Under the pieces are notes generated by a model. The model had not been told where the DNA came from. It saw nothing but the letters and a program-made list of their open reading frames with translations, and did not search any database. Below are positions 8,499 to 17,817 of a stretch of 53,900 nt of DNA, one piece after another. The first letter of the stretch is position 1; each line of letters starts with the position of its first letter. Made by a program: the position numbers and the translations under genes. This stretch comes from a virus (lineage: Duplodnaviria > Caudoviricetes): the IMG/VR virus record IMGVR_UViG_3300046167_000027, positions 1 through 53,900 of that record. One strand, 5' to 3'.

Positions 8499-10643
8499 AT
8501 GGCTGAAGACGAAATAAATATAGAAGACGATGCTTTATCTCTAGAAGATTCAGAAGATTCTAATATAACTGATACTGAAGTAAAGGGTATAGCTAACCAC
8601 GTTATTTCTCAATTTAAGAAGTCAGAAGATTATAGATATGATGATGAAACAAGATGGGTTCGTGCATATAGAAACTACAGAGGTATATATGGACCTGATG
8701 TTCAATTTACTGAAGCAGAAAAATCTAGAGTATTTATTAAAGTAACAAAAACTAAAACGTTAGCTGCTTATGGACAAATAGCTGATGTATTGTTTGCAGG
8801 AAATAAATTTCCTATAAGTATAGAACCAACAGAACTACCAGAAGGAGTAGCTAAAGATGTTAATTTTGACCCTAAAGAACCTCCACAATTACGTGAACAA
8901 AATACTGATGAAAGCTTGGACAACCCTTATGGTTTTATGGGTGATGGTAAAGAACTTCCTAGAGGAGCTACTGCTCAAAGTCTACAAGATAAACTTGGAC
9001 CTTTGGCAGATAAGCTTGGAGAAGTTGAAGGCGTTAAAGAAGGTAGTGGGGAAACTCCTACAGCGATAACATATAGTCCTGCGATGATTGCAGCTAAGTC
9101 TATGGAAAAACAAATCATGGACCAACTACAAGAATCTAATGCTAACAAACATCTTAGAAGCACAGCTTTTGAGATGGCATTGTTTGGCACAGGAGTAATG
9201 AAAGGACCTTTTGCTGTTGACAAAGAATATCCGAATTGGGATGAAGAAGGTGAGTACTCTCCGATATTTAAAACCATTCCTCAAGTTAGCCATGTCTCCG
9301 TTTGGAATTTTTATCCTGACCCTGATAGTACTAATATTGACCAAGCACAGTATGTAATAGAAAGACATAAGATGTCACGTTCAGAATTACGTGCATTAAA
9401 ACGTAGACCTTACTTTAGAGACAATGTTATTGAAGAGGTTATATCTGAAGGAGAAAACTACACTAAGAAATATTGGGAAGATGATTTAATAGATTATAAC
9501 CAAGACAGTTATGTAGAACGCTTTGAGGTACTTGAATATTGGGGTATGCTAGATACAGATTTACTAGAGGAACAAGGCATATCTATTCCTAAAGAACTAA
9601 AAGACTTTGATGAATTACAAGCTAATGTGTGGGTTTCAGGTGGTAGATTACTTAGAGTAGTATTAAATCCATTTAAACCTTCTAAGATACCTTACATGGC
9701 AGCTCCATATGAACTAAACCCTTATTCTTTCTTTGGTGTAGGTCTAGCTGAAAATATGGATGACACACAGACACTTATGAATGGTTTTATGAGAATGTCT
9801 GTAGATAATGCTGTGTTATCAGGTAATTTACTTATAGAGGTAGATGAAACCAACTTAGTTCCGGGACAAGACTTATCTGTATATCCGGGTAAAGTATTTA
9901 GAAGACAAGGTGGTGCTCCGGGTCAAGCTATCTTTGGTACAAAGTTTCCAAATGTTTCACAGGAAAACTTACAACTGTTTGATAAGGCTAGACAACTTGC
10001 AGACGAAAGTACAGGACTACCATCATTTTCTCATGGACAAACAGGTGTGTCAGGAGTAGGTAGAACTGCATCTGGTATATCTATGCTAATGAACGCAGCA
10101 AGTGGCAGTATTAAAACTGTTATTAAGAATGTAGATGATTATTTACTTAAACCTTTAGGTGAAGGATTGTTTAGATTTAATATGCAATTTAATTTTAACC
10201 CAGAAATAAGAGGTGATTTAGAAGTTCATGCTAGAGGAACTGAAAGCCTAATGGCAAATGAGGTTCGTAGCCAAAGACTAATGCAATTTTTACAAACTGC
10301 ATCTAATCCTGCCCTTGCTCCGTTTGCTAAATTTAACTACATTATTAGAGAGATAGCTAAAGCTATGGACTTAGACCCTTCAAAAGTTACTAATAATATG
10401 GATGAAGCTGTATTACAAGCAGAACTACTTAAACAGTTTCAAGGACCTGCACCTCAACAAGGACAACCTCAACAAGGTCAGCCACCAGCAGGTGCAAACC
10501 CAATGGACCCCACAGGAGCAGGTGGTGGAGTAATAGGAACAGGTCAAGCACCTCAACCAAACGAACAAGGATTTAGTGGAAATGGAGAAGCAAATACTCA
10601 GCAACCTCAAACCCCTAGTGAACCACCAACTACAACTCAATAG
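8499..10643 (+). CDS. Portal (head-tail connector) protein
   Basis: 714 aa directly after terL; GTGVMKGP, FFGVG, RTASGISML; Q/P-rich tail. Confidence 0.88.
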   Translation: MAEDEINIEDDALSLEDSEDSNITDTEVKGIANHVISQFKKSEDYRYDDETRWVRAYRNYRGIYGPDVQFTEAEKSRVFIKVTKTKTLAAYGQIADVLFAGNKFPISIEPTELPEGVAKDVNFDPKEPPQLREQNTDESLDNPYGFMGDGKELPRGATAQSLQDKLGPLADKLGEVEGVKEGSGETPTAITYSPAMIAAKSMEKQIMDQLQESNANKHLRSTAFEMALFGTGVMKGPFAVDKEYPNWDEEGEYSPIFKTIPQVSHVSVWNFYPDPDSTNIDQAQYVIERHKMSRSELRALKRRPYFRDNVIEEVISEGENYTKKYWEDDLIDYNQDSYVERFEVLEYWGMLDTDLLEEQGISIPKELKDFDELQANVWVSGGRLLRVVLNPFKPSKIPYMAAPYELNPYSFFGVGLAENMDDTQTLMNGFMRMSVDNAVLSGNLLIEVDETNLVPGQDLSVYPGKVFRRQGGAPGQAIFGTKFPNVSQENLQLFDKARQLADESTGLPSFSHGQTGVSGVGRTASGISMLMNAASGSIKTVIKNVDDYLLKPLGEGLFRFNMQFNFNPEIRGDLEVHARGTESLMANEVRSQRLMQFLQTASNPALAPFAKFNYIIREIAKAMDLDPSKVTNNMDEAVLQAELLKQFQGPAPQQGQPQQGQPPAGANPMDPTGAGGGVIGTGQAPQPNEQGFSGNGEANTQQPQTPSEPPTTTQ

Positions 10644-10788
10644 TTATCTAGATGCTTTGATAGAACAACATCACAAAGCAATAGAACAAACAGAAGATAC
10701 TGTAGTTGTATATAGAACGCAAGGTGCGATTGCTGCATTACGTAGACTAAAATATTTAAGAGATGAGGTAAATAAAAAAGATGGCTAA
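10582..10788 (+). CDS. Small conserved protein after the portal
   Basis: YRTQGAIAALRRL; position. Confidence 0.7.
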   Translation: MEKQILSNLKPLVNHQLQLNSYLDALIEQHHKAIEQTEDTVVVYRTQGAIAALRRLKYLRDEVNKKDG

Positions 10789-12589
10789 AAAACCTGTAAG
10801 CGACCAAATGGAATTATTTGAAGACGGTGGATTTAGAGACCAAGGTAATACTAAAGACCCCATATCAAATAATCCTGTGCCTGTTGGCTCTACTAAAAAA
10901 GAAGTAAGAGATGATATACCTGCTAATCTTAGTGAAGGTGAATTTGTTTTACCTGCTGATGTAGTTAGATATCATGGCTTAGAAAAGATTATGGGTTTTA
11001 GAGACCAAGCTAAACAGGGTTTACAGAAGATGGAAGACATGGGTCAGATGGGTAACTCTGACCAAGCAACCTTACCTGATGGTACACCTTTTAAACAAAT
11101 GGCAGATGGTGGGTCAGTAACTATGCCTACCATACAACAGCCAGAAGTAATAACGCAAAATAAAGTTCCGGGAGTAGAATACGTAGCTCCAACTACACAG
11201 GCAATTAGACCATCTGTATATTCGTTTAATCAACAAATGCCACAAGTAACTGTGCCTACACAGCCAAGTGTTACAGTTCCTACACAACCTAACTATCAAA
11301 TACCTGCATATAGGCAGTCAACTAGCACAGCAGAAACACCTAAGTTTTCTAATTTACTTGGTACACAGTTTGGTCAGTTACAAGAGTCTGTTACTAAAAG
11401 ATACGTAAATGATGCAGGTGAAGAGATGTATATACCATTTGTGAATGGTGAACCTATATATCCTATACCTAATGGTTTCAGAGAAGAAGCAGAAGATGCT
11501 ATAAAAAAAGAAGATGAAGATATAAACAAAGCTGTACAAAGCACTAGTGTCAGACAACAACAAGATGATAGCGATAGTGGTGGCTTTGATGGTAGTCAAA
11601 CACAAGATTATAAAGTAGCTATGCAATTATCAGAAGCTGAAGCAAAGGCTAGAGGAACAACAGGTCTTTTAGGTAATTTAATGCAGGGTGCAAAGGATTT
11701 ATTTTCTAAACTTCCGGGTGCAGTAATTGTTGATAACGCTTTAAATAAGTTAAATCCAGATAGAGAGTTTTCTCAAGGACCTATTTCTGATATATATGGA
11801 GATGACTATATAACAGATGCTAACCAAAAAGAAATATATGCCAAACAATCAGGATATTCTTCTCTAGCTGACATGACTAAACAATATGGAGTAGAACCAA
11901 CATTTAAATTTGGTACTAAACCGGGAGATGTTAGTTTAGTTACAGGTAAACCTTATAACTTTGCAGGACAATCTAGTACCCCTGATGGAGGACCTGCCTT
12001 TGCATCTTGGGATGATTGGGTAAATAATTTAGATGCTTCACGTGAAAGTGGTTGGGGTGGTGGTACTATAACTAAATCTGAATTAGATGCAGCAGAAACA
12101 GCACATAATAATAGAGTAGCTCGTGGAGTTCCGGGATATTCAGGTAAGTTTGATAGAACTAAAGCTGAAAAACACATGGCTATATTACAAGAAAAGTATG
12201 GCAAAGAAGATGATGATAAAGATAAAAGCAAAGTTAAAACAACACCATCTGTCTTTGTAGAACCTTTTGATGAAGTTGTTTCAAAAGGTAAAAGCACTAA
12301 AATAAGTGATGTAAAGAATTTTGGAATGGGAAGTGCAGAGGGTGTAGATACTGCTAATGTACCTACACAAGCTCAAGCTCTAAGTGCTTCATCTACATTT
12401 GATACTACAGACCAGTCTTCTAATAATGATGACCAAGGTCCGGGTGAATCAGTAGGTGATACTAGCTATGGTGGTGAAGGTGTAGGTGGATGGACTGCTC
12501 AAGGTGGTTTCATTAACAAACGAACTATGACCATGAGTAAAACACCCCCTAATAAAAAGAAGCGAGGTGGGTTAGCTTCAAGACGATAA
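10781..12589 (+). CDS. Putative internal virion protein
   Basis: DDIPANLSEGEFVLPADVV block; FEDGG, MADGG and TAQGG motifs; low complexity. Confidence 0.7.
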   Translation: MAKKPVSDQMELFEDGGFRDQGNTKDPISNNPVPVGSTKKEVRDDIPANLSEGEFVLPADVVRYHGLEKIMGFRDQAKQGLQKMEDMGQMGNSDQATLPDGTPFKQMADGGSVTMPTIQQPEVITQNKVPGVEYVAPTTQAIRPSVYSFNQQMPQVTVPTQPSVTVPTQPNYQIPAYRQSTSTAETPKFSNLLGTQFGQLQESVTKRYVNDAGEEMYIPFVNGEPIYPIPNGFREEAEDAIKKEDEDINKAVQSTSVRQQQDDSDSGGFDGSQTQDYKVAMQLSEAEAKARGTTGLLGNLMQGAKDLFSKLPGAVIVDNALNKLNPDREFSQGPISDIYGDDYITDANQKEIYAKQSGYSSLADMTKQYGVEPTFKFGTKPGDVSLVTGKPYNFAGQSSTPDGGPAFASWDDWVNNLDASRESGWGGGTITKSELDAAETAHNNRVARGVPGYSGKFDRTKAEKHMAILQEKYGKEDDDKDKSKVKTTPSVFVEPFDEVVSKGKSTKISDVKNFGMGSAEGVDTANVPTQAQALSASSTFDTTDQSSNNDDQGPGESVGDTSYGGEGVGGWTAQGGFINKRTMTMSKTPPNKKKRGGLASRR

Positions 12590-12650
12590 CCCACATACAG
12601 GCTACTTATCCCCCAACATAATGGCTACGATAACCCCAAGGAGAAACTAA

Positions 12651-13529
12651 ATGGCAGAGATGCAAAAACTAATGACTAAGGAAGCAACACCTAAGAAAGC
12701 AATGTTTGCAAATAGACCTTACTCACAAGAAGAAAGACTTAAGAAAGACGAAGAAGAATTAGAACAGCTAATTAAAGAACAAAAAGGTGAAGCAGAAACT
12801 ACTGAAGAAAAAGTAGAAGTTGAAGAAGAACCTACAAATGCTGAAGAAAAAACTTTTAAAAAACGGTATGGAGATTTAAGAAGGCATACTCAAGAAAAAG
12901 AAAAACAGTTTCAAGCACAGCTAGATGAATTAAAAGGTCAACTAGATAAAGCTACCAAGAAAGAAATGAAACTACCTAAATCAGATGAAGACATTACTGA
13001 ATGGGCAAAAGAATATCCTGATGTAGCAGCTATAGTAGAAACCATCGCTACTAAGAAAGCACGAGAGCAATCGGAAGATATAGCTAAGAGAATAAAAGAA
13101 ATAGACGAAAGGGATGCTAACTCAGTAAAAGAGAAAGCAGAAGTAGAACTATTACGACTACACCCTGATTTTGCAGATATAAGAGAAAGTGATGACTTCC
13201 ATGATTGGGCAGACGAACAACCTAAGTGGATACAAAATGCATTGTACGAAAATGATAATGATGCAAAATCCGCAGCAAGAGCTATTGACCTCTATAAGTC
13301 AGACAAAGGAATTGGTAAGACAAAAGAGAAGTCAAATGATGCAGGTGCTGCTAAAGCAATCGCAACGAAAAGCAAAACGTCTGTTTCGGAAACTAGCAAC
13401 GCAGTAACTTTTAAAGAGTCTGCTGTTGAAAAAATGAGTACTCAGGAGTATGAAAAAAAATCAGAACAGATAATGGAAGCTATTAGGTCAGGCAATTTTA
13501 TATACGATGTATCAGGAAATGCAAGATAA
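12651..13529 (+). CDS. Capsid scaffolding protein
   Basis: Highly charged helical protein (FKKRYGDLRRH) immediately upstream of the capsid gene. Confidence 0.75.
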   Translation: MAEMQKLMTKEATPKKAMFANRPYSQEERLKKDEEELEQLIKEQKGEAETTEEKVEVEEEPTNAEEKTFKKRYGDLRRHTQEKEKQFQAQLDELKGQLDKATKKEMKLPKSDEDITEWAKEYPDVAAIVETIATKKAREQSEDIAKRIKEIDERDANSVKEKAEVELLRLHPDFADIRESDDFHDWADEQPKWIQNALYENDNDAKSAARAIDLYKSDKGIGKTKEKSNDAGAAKAIATKSKTSVSETSNAVTFKESAVEKMSTQEYEKKSEQIMEAIRSGNFIYDVSGNAR

Positions 13530-13532
13530 TAG

Positions 13533-13560
13533 TTGACAACCAAATTATTATAGGTATAAC
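13533..13560 (+). promoter_or_regulatory. Putative promoter for the capsid gene
   Basis: TTGACA-N16-TATAAC. Confidence 0.55.
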
Positions 13561-13772
13561 TATAATAACTAAAAGTGTAACATAATATAACGTTGGCGAA
13601 CTGAATACTTATGTTACACACCCCACTTTAATAGACTACCCAATTATGTGAGCCTACACAGGAATCGCTATCCTACGTACAACCTCAACCATGAATGGTC
13701 CTTATAAAGTAAAACGACTAAAACTATAGTACACTTTTGTGTACATTTGCTAAATGTTTAAGGAGATTTAAA

Positions 13773-14831
13773 ATGGCATTTGGAAGCGCAGCTGGTTATG
13801 GCAATCTTCCTAACGGTAATTTTAGTCCTATTATTTACAGCAAACAGGTGCAACTTGCGTTCCGTAAGTCATCTATTGTCGATGCAATCACTAATAATGA
13901 TTACTTCGGTGAGATTGCTAATATGGGCGATTCCGTTAAGGTTATCAAAGAACCAGAAATAACAGTTAAGGCATATTCTAGAGGAACTACAATAACTCCT
14001 CAAGACCTTGACGATGAAGAATTTTCACTTAATATTGACAAAGCTAATTACTTTGCTTTTAAAGTGGATGATATTGAGGAAGCTCATTCGCATATTAACT
14101 TTCAACAGTTAGCATCCGATAGAGCAGCCTATAGACTAGCCGACCAATTTGACCAAGATGTACTTGGTTATATGTCAGGTTACAAGCAATCATCTATACA
14201 TGGTGCTCCAGACACAGCTAATACAACTACTAATGGTAGTGTAGCTGTTTCAACAGCCGGTTCTGACGAACTCTTATCTTCAATGAAAATTGATGCTGAA
14301 GACTTCGGTGGTTCTGCTGGAGATGCTGTGGCTATCTTACCAAGAACAGGTGGAGCTACTACTGCTGCTCCTGCTAATGGAGATAGAAACCCATTGACAG
14401 TTATTGCTAGAATGTCTAGACTATTAGACCAACAAAATGTTGACACTAATGGTAGATGGTTAGTATTAGACCCTGTATTTATTGAGGTACTAAAGGATGA
14501 GGACACAAGATTGTTCGATGCAGACTTTGGTGGTTCAGGACTACAGAATGGTTTAGTTCTTAATAACCTTCATGGATTTAAAGTGTATCAGTCAAATAAC
14601 CTACCAAGTATAGGAACAGGACCATCTAATACAGGTGCTAACAGTTCTACAAACTTTGGTGTTATTGTTGCTGGTCACTCTTCATCTATAGCTACTGCTG
14701 AGCAAATCAACAAGACAGAGACTTATAGAGACCCTGATTCTTTTGCTGATATTGTTCGTGGTATGCATTTGTATGGTAGAAAGATTCTTCGCCCTGAAGC
14801 AATCTGTACTGCCGCTTACCACTTAGCATAG
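13773..14831 (+). CDS. Major capsid protein (HK97 fold, P22-coat-like)
   Basis: AAGGAG RBS; FSPIIYSK, GDSVKVI, FKVDDIE, RDPDSFADIVRGMHLYG. Confidence 0.9.
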   Translation: MAFGSAAGYGNLPNGNFSPIIYSKQVQLAFRKSSIVDAITNNDYFGEIANMGDSVKVIKEPEITVKAYSRGTTITPQDLDDEEFSLNIDKANYFAFKVDDIEEAHSHINFQQLASDRAAYRLADQFDQDVLGYMSGYKQSSIHGAPDTANTTTNGSVAVSTAGSDELLSSMKIDAEDFGGSAGDAVAILPRTGGATTAAPANGDRNPLTVIARMSRLLDQQNVDTNGRWLVLDPVFIEVLKDEDTRLFDADFGGSGLQNGLVLNNLHGFKVYQSNNLPSIGTGPSNTGANSSTNFGVIVAGHSSSIATAEQINKTETYRDPDSFADIVRGMHLYGRKILRPEAICTAAYHLA

Positions 14832-14843
14832 GGAGATTGAATT

Positions 14844-15326
14844 ATGGCGAATATTACTGCTGTTCTTAAAGCCGCTTCTGGCAACTCCCAGAGAGGTCGT
14901 AATGTATATTACATGGATAATGTTATTGACTTAACTGCTAATAGTATTAATCCAAACGGTGATACCATTCAAGCTATCACAGTTCCAGCTAATACTCTTG
15001 TTGTAGCTGCGGGTCTTCAGGTTGTAGAAAGTGCAACTCAGAATACTGGCACAGATGCAACTGCATCACTTGGTTTCACAGGTGGTGACGTTGATGAGTT
15101 TGTTGCAACTTTTGATATTGACGGTGCTGCCGATGGTGCTTATGCTCCTCAAATTGCAATCACAGGTTTGACTGCTTCTACTTCTGCTGACACTATTGAC
15201 GTGTTATTAGCAGGTGGTGGTGCATCATTTACTGCTGGTAAAATACGTGTGTATGCAATGATGATGGATATAAGTGACCAAGGTGACATGTCTGCTGACG
15301 AAGTTGACAGAGACACTTTAGCTTAA
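14844..15326 (+). CDS. Putative capsid decoration/structural protein
   Basis: Beta-rich 160 aa between the capsid gene and a terminator. Confidence 0.6.
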   Translation: MANITAVLKAASGNSQRGRNVYYMDNVIDLTANSINPNGDTIQAITVPANTLVVAAGLQVVESATQNTGTDATASLGFTGGDVDEFVATFDIDGAADGAYAPQIAITGLTASTSADTIDVLLAGGGASFTAGKIRVYAMMMDISDQGDMSADEVDRDTLA

Positions 15327-15334
15327 ATCATATA

Positions 15335-15367
15335 TAAGGGAGCAGGGCAACTTGCTCTCTTATCTTT
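15335..15367 (+). terminator. Rho-independent terminator after the capsid genes
   Basis: Stem aagggagcagg-GCAA-cttgctctctt followed by a T-rich tract. Confidence 0.7.
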
Positions 15368-15379
15368 ATAGGAATTACT

Positions 15380-16303
15380 ATGGCAGAGACTTACCTAACA
15401 CTAACAAATAAAGTAATAGCAAGGTTGAATGAGGTTGCATTAACTTCAGCGACCTTTTCTAGTGCTAGGGGTATACAAGTTCAATGCCAAAACGCAGTTA
15501 ATGAATCTATACGTTTTATTAATCAGCGAGAGTTTAACTACCCCTTTAATCATGCTACTGCTACTCAGACACTGACAGCAGGTGTGGTTAGGTATAGTTT
15601 ACCTGCTTCTACTAAGACAGTAGATTACAATACATTTAGAATAGTCAAGGATAGTGACTTAGGTAATAGTGGGTATAAATTAAATCTACTTGATTATAAT
15701 GACTACATAAATAGAGTTATAAATCAAGAAGATGAAATAAATACTACAACAACTAGTACAATACACACAGATAGTGTAACAACTATAACTGTAGCAAGTA
15801 CTACAGGATTTGATAGTGCAGGTACAATAGTCATAGGTAATGAAACAATTACTTACACAGGAGTAACTAGTACTACATTTACAGGTTGTACAAGAGGTGC
15901 AAGTAGCACAACGGCTGCTTCAATAGCTAATGGTGTCACAGTAGCACAGTTTGACAGAGGTGGTGTTCCTGAATATGTAGTGAGAACACCTGATAATAAT
16001 TATCTTCTATATCCATTTCCAAATAAAGCATATGCAATAAAGTTTGATTACTACACATTCCCAAGTGATTTATCAGCACATGGAGATACTACAACTATAC
16101 CTGATAGATTTGCACCTGTAATTGTAGATGGTGCTACAGCATTTGTGTATCAGTATAGAGGTGAGACACAACAGTATCAACTTAATATGCAGAGATTTGA
16201 ACAAGGCATTAAGAATATGCAAACACTATTAGTAAATAAATTCTCATACCTACGTTCAACCTTTATAGCTAGAACAGGTAGTGCAGACATTAGGGCATTA
16301 TAA
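15380..16303 (+). CDS. Tail tubular protein A / head-tail adaptor with inserted Thr-rich beta domain
   Basis: YLTLTNKVIARLNE start; ITVASTTGF...IGNETITYTG...FTGCTRG insert. Confidence 0.7.
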   Translation: MAETYLTLTNKVIARLNEVALTSATFSSARGIQVQCQNAVNESIRFINQREFNYPFNHATATQTLTAGVVRYSLPASTKTVDYNTFRIVKDSDLGNSGYKLNLLDYNDYINRVINQEDEINTTTTSTIHTDSVTTITVASTTGFDSAGTIVIGNETITYTGVTSTTFTGCTRGASSTTAASIANGVTVAQFDRGGVPEYVVRTPDNNYLLYPFPNKAYAIKFDYYTFPSDLSAHGDTTTIPDRFAPVIVDGATAFVYQYRGETQQYQLNMQRFEQGIKNMQTLLVNKFSYLRSTFIARTGSADIRAL

Positions 16304-17817
16304 TGGCAGACCAATCTCAAACAGTACCTTCAGCATTTACTTGTGAAGGTGGGTTAGTACTAAACAAATCTACCTTTATGATGCAACCGGGTGAAGCATT
16401 AGAGTTAGAGAACTTTGAGCCTGACATAACAGGTGGCTACAGAAGAATAAATGGATATTCTAAGTATGTAACAGCAGTTGTACCACAGACAGCATCTGCT
16501 ACAGAAAAAGTACTTATGGTTGCAACCTTTGGTAGTGTCGTGTTAGCTGCTAGAGGTACTAGTATATATAGTGCAACTCCGGGTGGTTCATCATGGACTA
16601 GCAGAGATAGTGGCAGAACAGGTGCTTTAAAGTATAGGTTTGAGAGATATAACTATGATAACACAGATAAGATTATAGTTGTTGATGGTGCTAATGCACC
16701 GACTATATTTAACTCTTCCCTAGCAGCTTCAGATGTTTCAGAGTCTGCTGTTGCAGGTGCTAAACACGTAGCTTCATTTAGAGACCACATGTTTTATTCA
16801 GGCATGTCAGGTACTCCACAGGAATTAGTGTTTAGTAAACCGTTTGATGAAGATAACTTTTCTAGTGGTTCAGGTTCAGGCAGTATCAAGGTTGATGATA
16901 CCATAACAGGCATCAAAGTTTTCCGTGATAACTTGTTTGTGTTTTGTGAGAATAGAATATTTAAATTAGCAGGTTCGTCTGTAACTGACTTTGCGATGAC
17001 AGACATAACAAGAGATATAGGATGTATCAACGGTGATACAATCCAAGAATTTGCAGGTGACCTTATATTCTTAGGTCCTGATGGTTTAAGAACCATTGCA
17101 GGTACAGCAAGAATTGGTGACGTGGAATTGGGCACTATAAGCTCCAATGTGCAGTCTATATTTAATGAGAACATAGCTAGTGCATCAGAATTTGACAGTA
17201 TAGTGATACCTGATAAGACACAATATAGAATATTCTTTACTAAAAGTGGTACTGTAGATAATCAAACTAAAGGTATCATATGTTCACTTAGAGGACAGAA
17301 GTTTGAGTTTGCAGAGATTAGAGGAATAAAACCTGCTAGTACTGACCACTTCGTAGATGACGGTGATGTTATTGTTTTACATGGTGGATACGCAGATGGT
17401 TTTATATATAGGCAAGAAGTAGGTAATACATTTAATGGTGTTAATATAGCAGGTAAATATAGAAGTCCTGACTTAACATTTAATGACCCCGGAATAAGAA
17501 AGCATATGCAAAGGGTTATTATAAACTATAAGCCTGAAGCAGCAATAGATGCAGACTTATTTTTAAGATATGACTACGAGGATAAAGATGCACCGAGACC
17601 TGCAGCATATCCACTAGATTCAGAAGATGTTGTTGCTATATATGGTACATCAGTTTATGGAGTACCTACATATGGTGGAGCATCACAACCTTTAGTTAGG
17701 CAAGCAGTAGAAGGTTCAGGATTTGCTGTTGCTTTAAGAGTTACGGATGGCACAGGAAGTGCACCTTATTCACTTAAAGGTTTTCAATTAGAATATCAAT
17801 TAGGAGCTAGACGTTAA
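16303..17817 (+). CDS. Tail tubular protein B / nozzle (beta-propeller-like)
   Basis: Size and position; ENFEP...GGYRRING; DIGC. Confidence 0.7.
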   Translation: MADQSQTVPSAFTCEGGLVLNKSTFMMQPGEALELENFEPDITGGYRRINGYSKYVTAVVPQTASATEKVLMVATFGSVVLAARGTSIYSATPGGSSWTSRDSGRTGALKYRFERYNYDNTDKIIVVDGANAPTIFNSSLAASDVSESAVAGAKHVASFRDHMFYSGMSGTPQELVFSKPFDEDNFSSGSGSGSIKVDDTITGIKVFRDNLFVFCENRIFKLAGSSVTDFAMTDITRDIGCINGDTIQEFAGDLIFLGPDGLRTIAGTARIGDVELGTISSNVQSIFNENIASASEFDSIVIPDKTQYRIFFTKSGTVDNQTKGIICSLRGQKFEFAEIRGIKPASTDHFVDDGDVIVLHGGYADGFIYRQEVGNTFNGVNIAGKYRSPDLTFNDPGIRKHMQRVIINYKPEAAIDADLFLRYDYEDKDAPRPAAYPLDSEDVVAIYGTSVYGVPTYGGASQPLVRQAVEGSGFAVALRVTDGTGSAPYSLKGFQLEYQLGARR

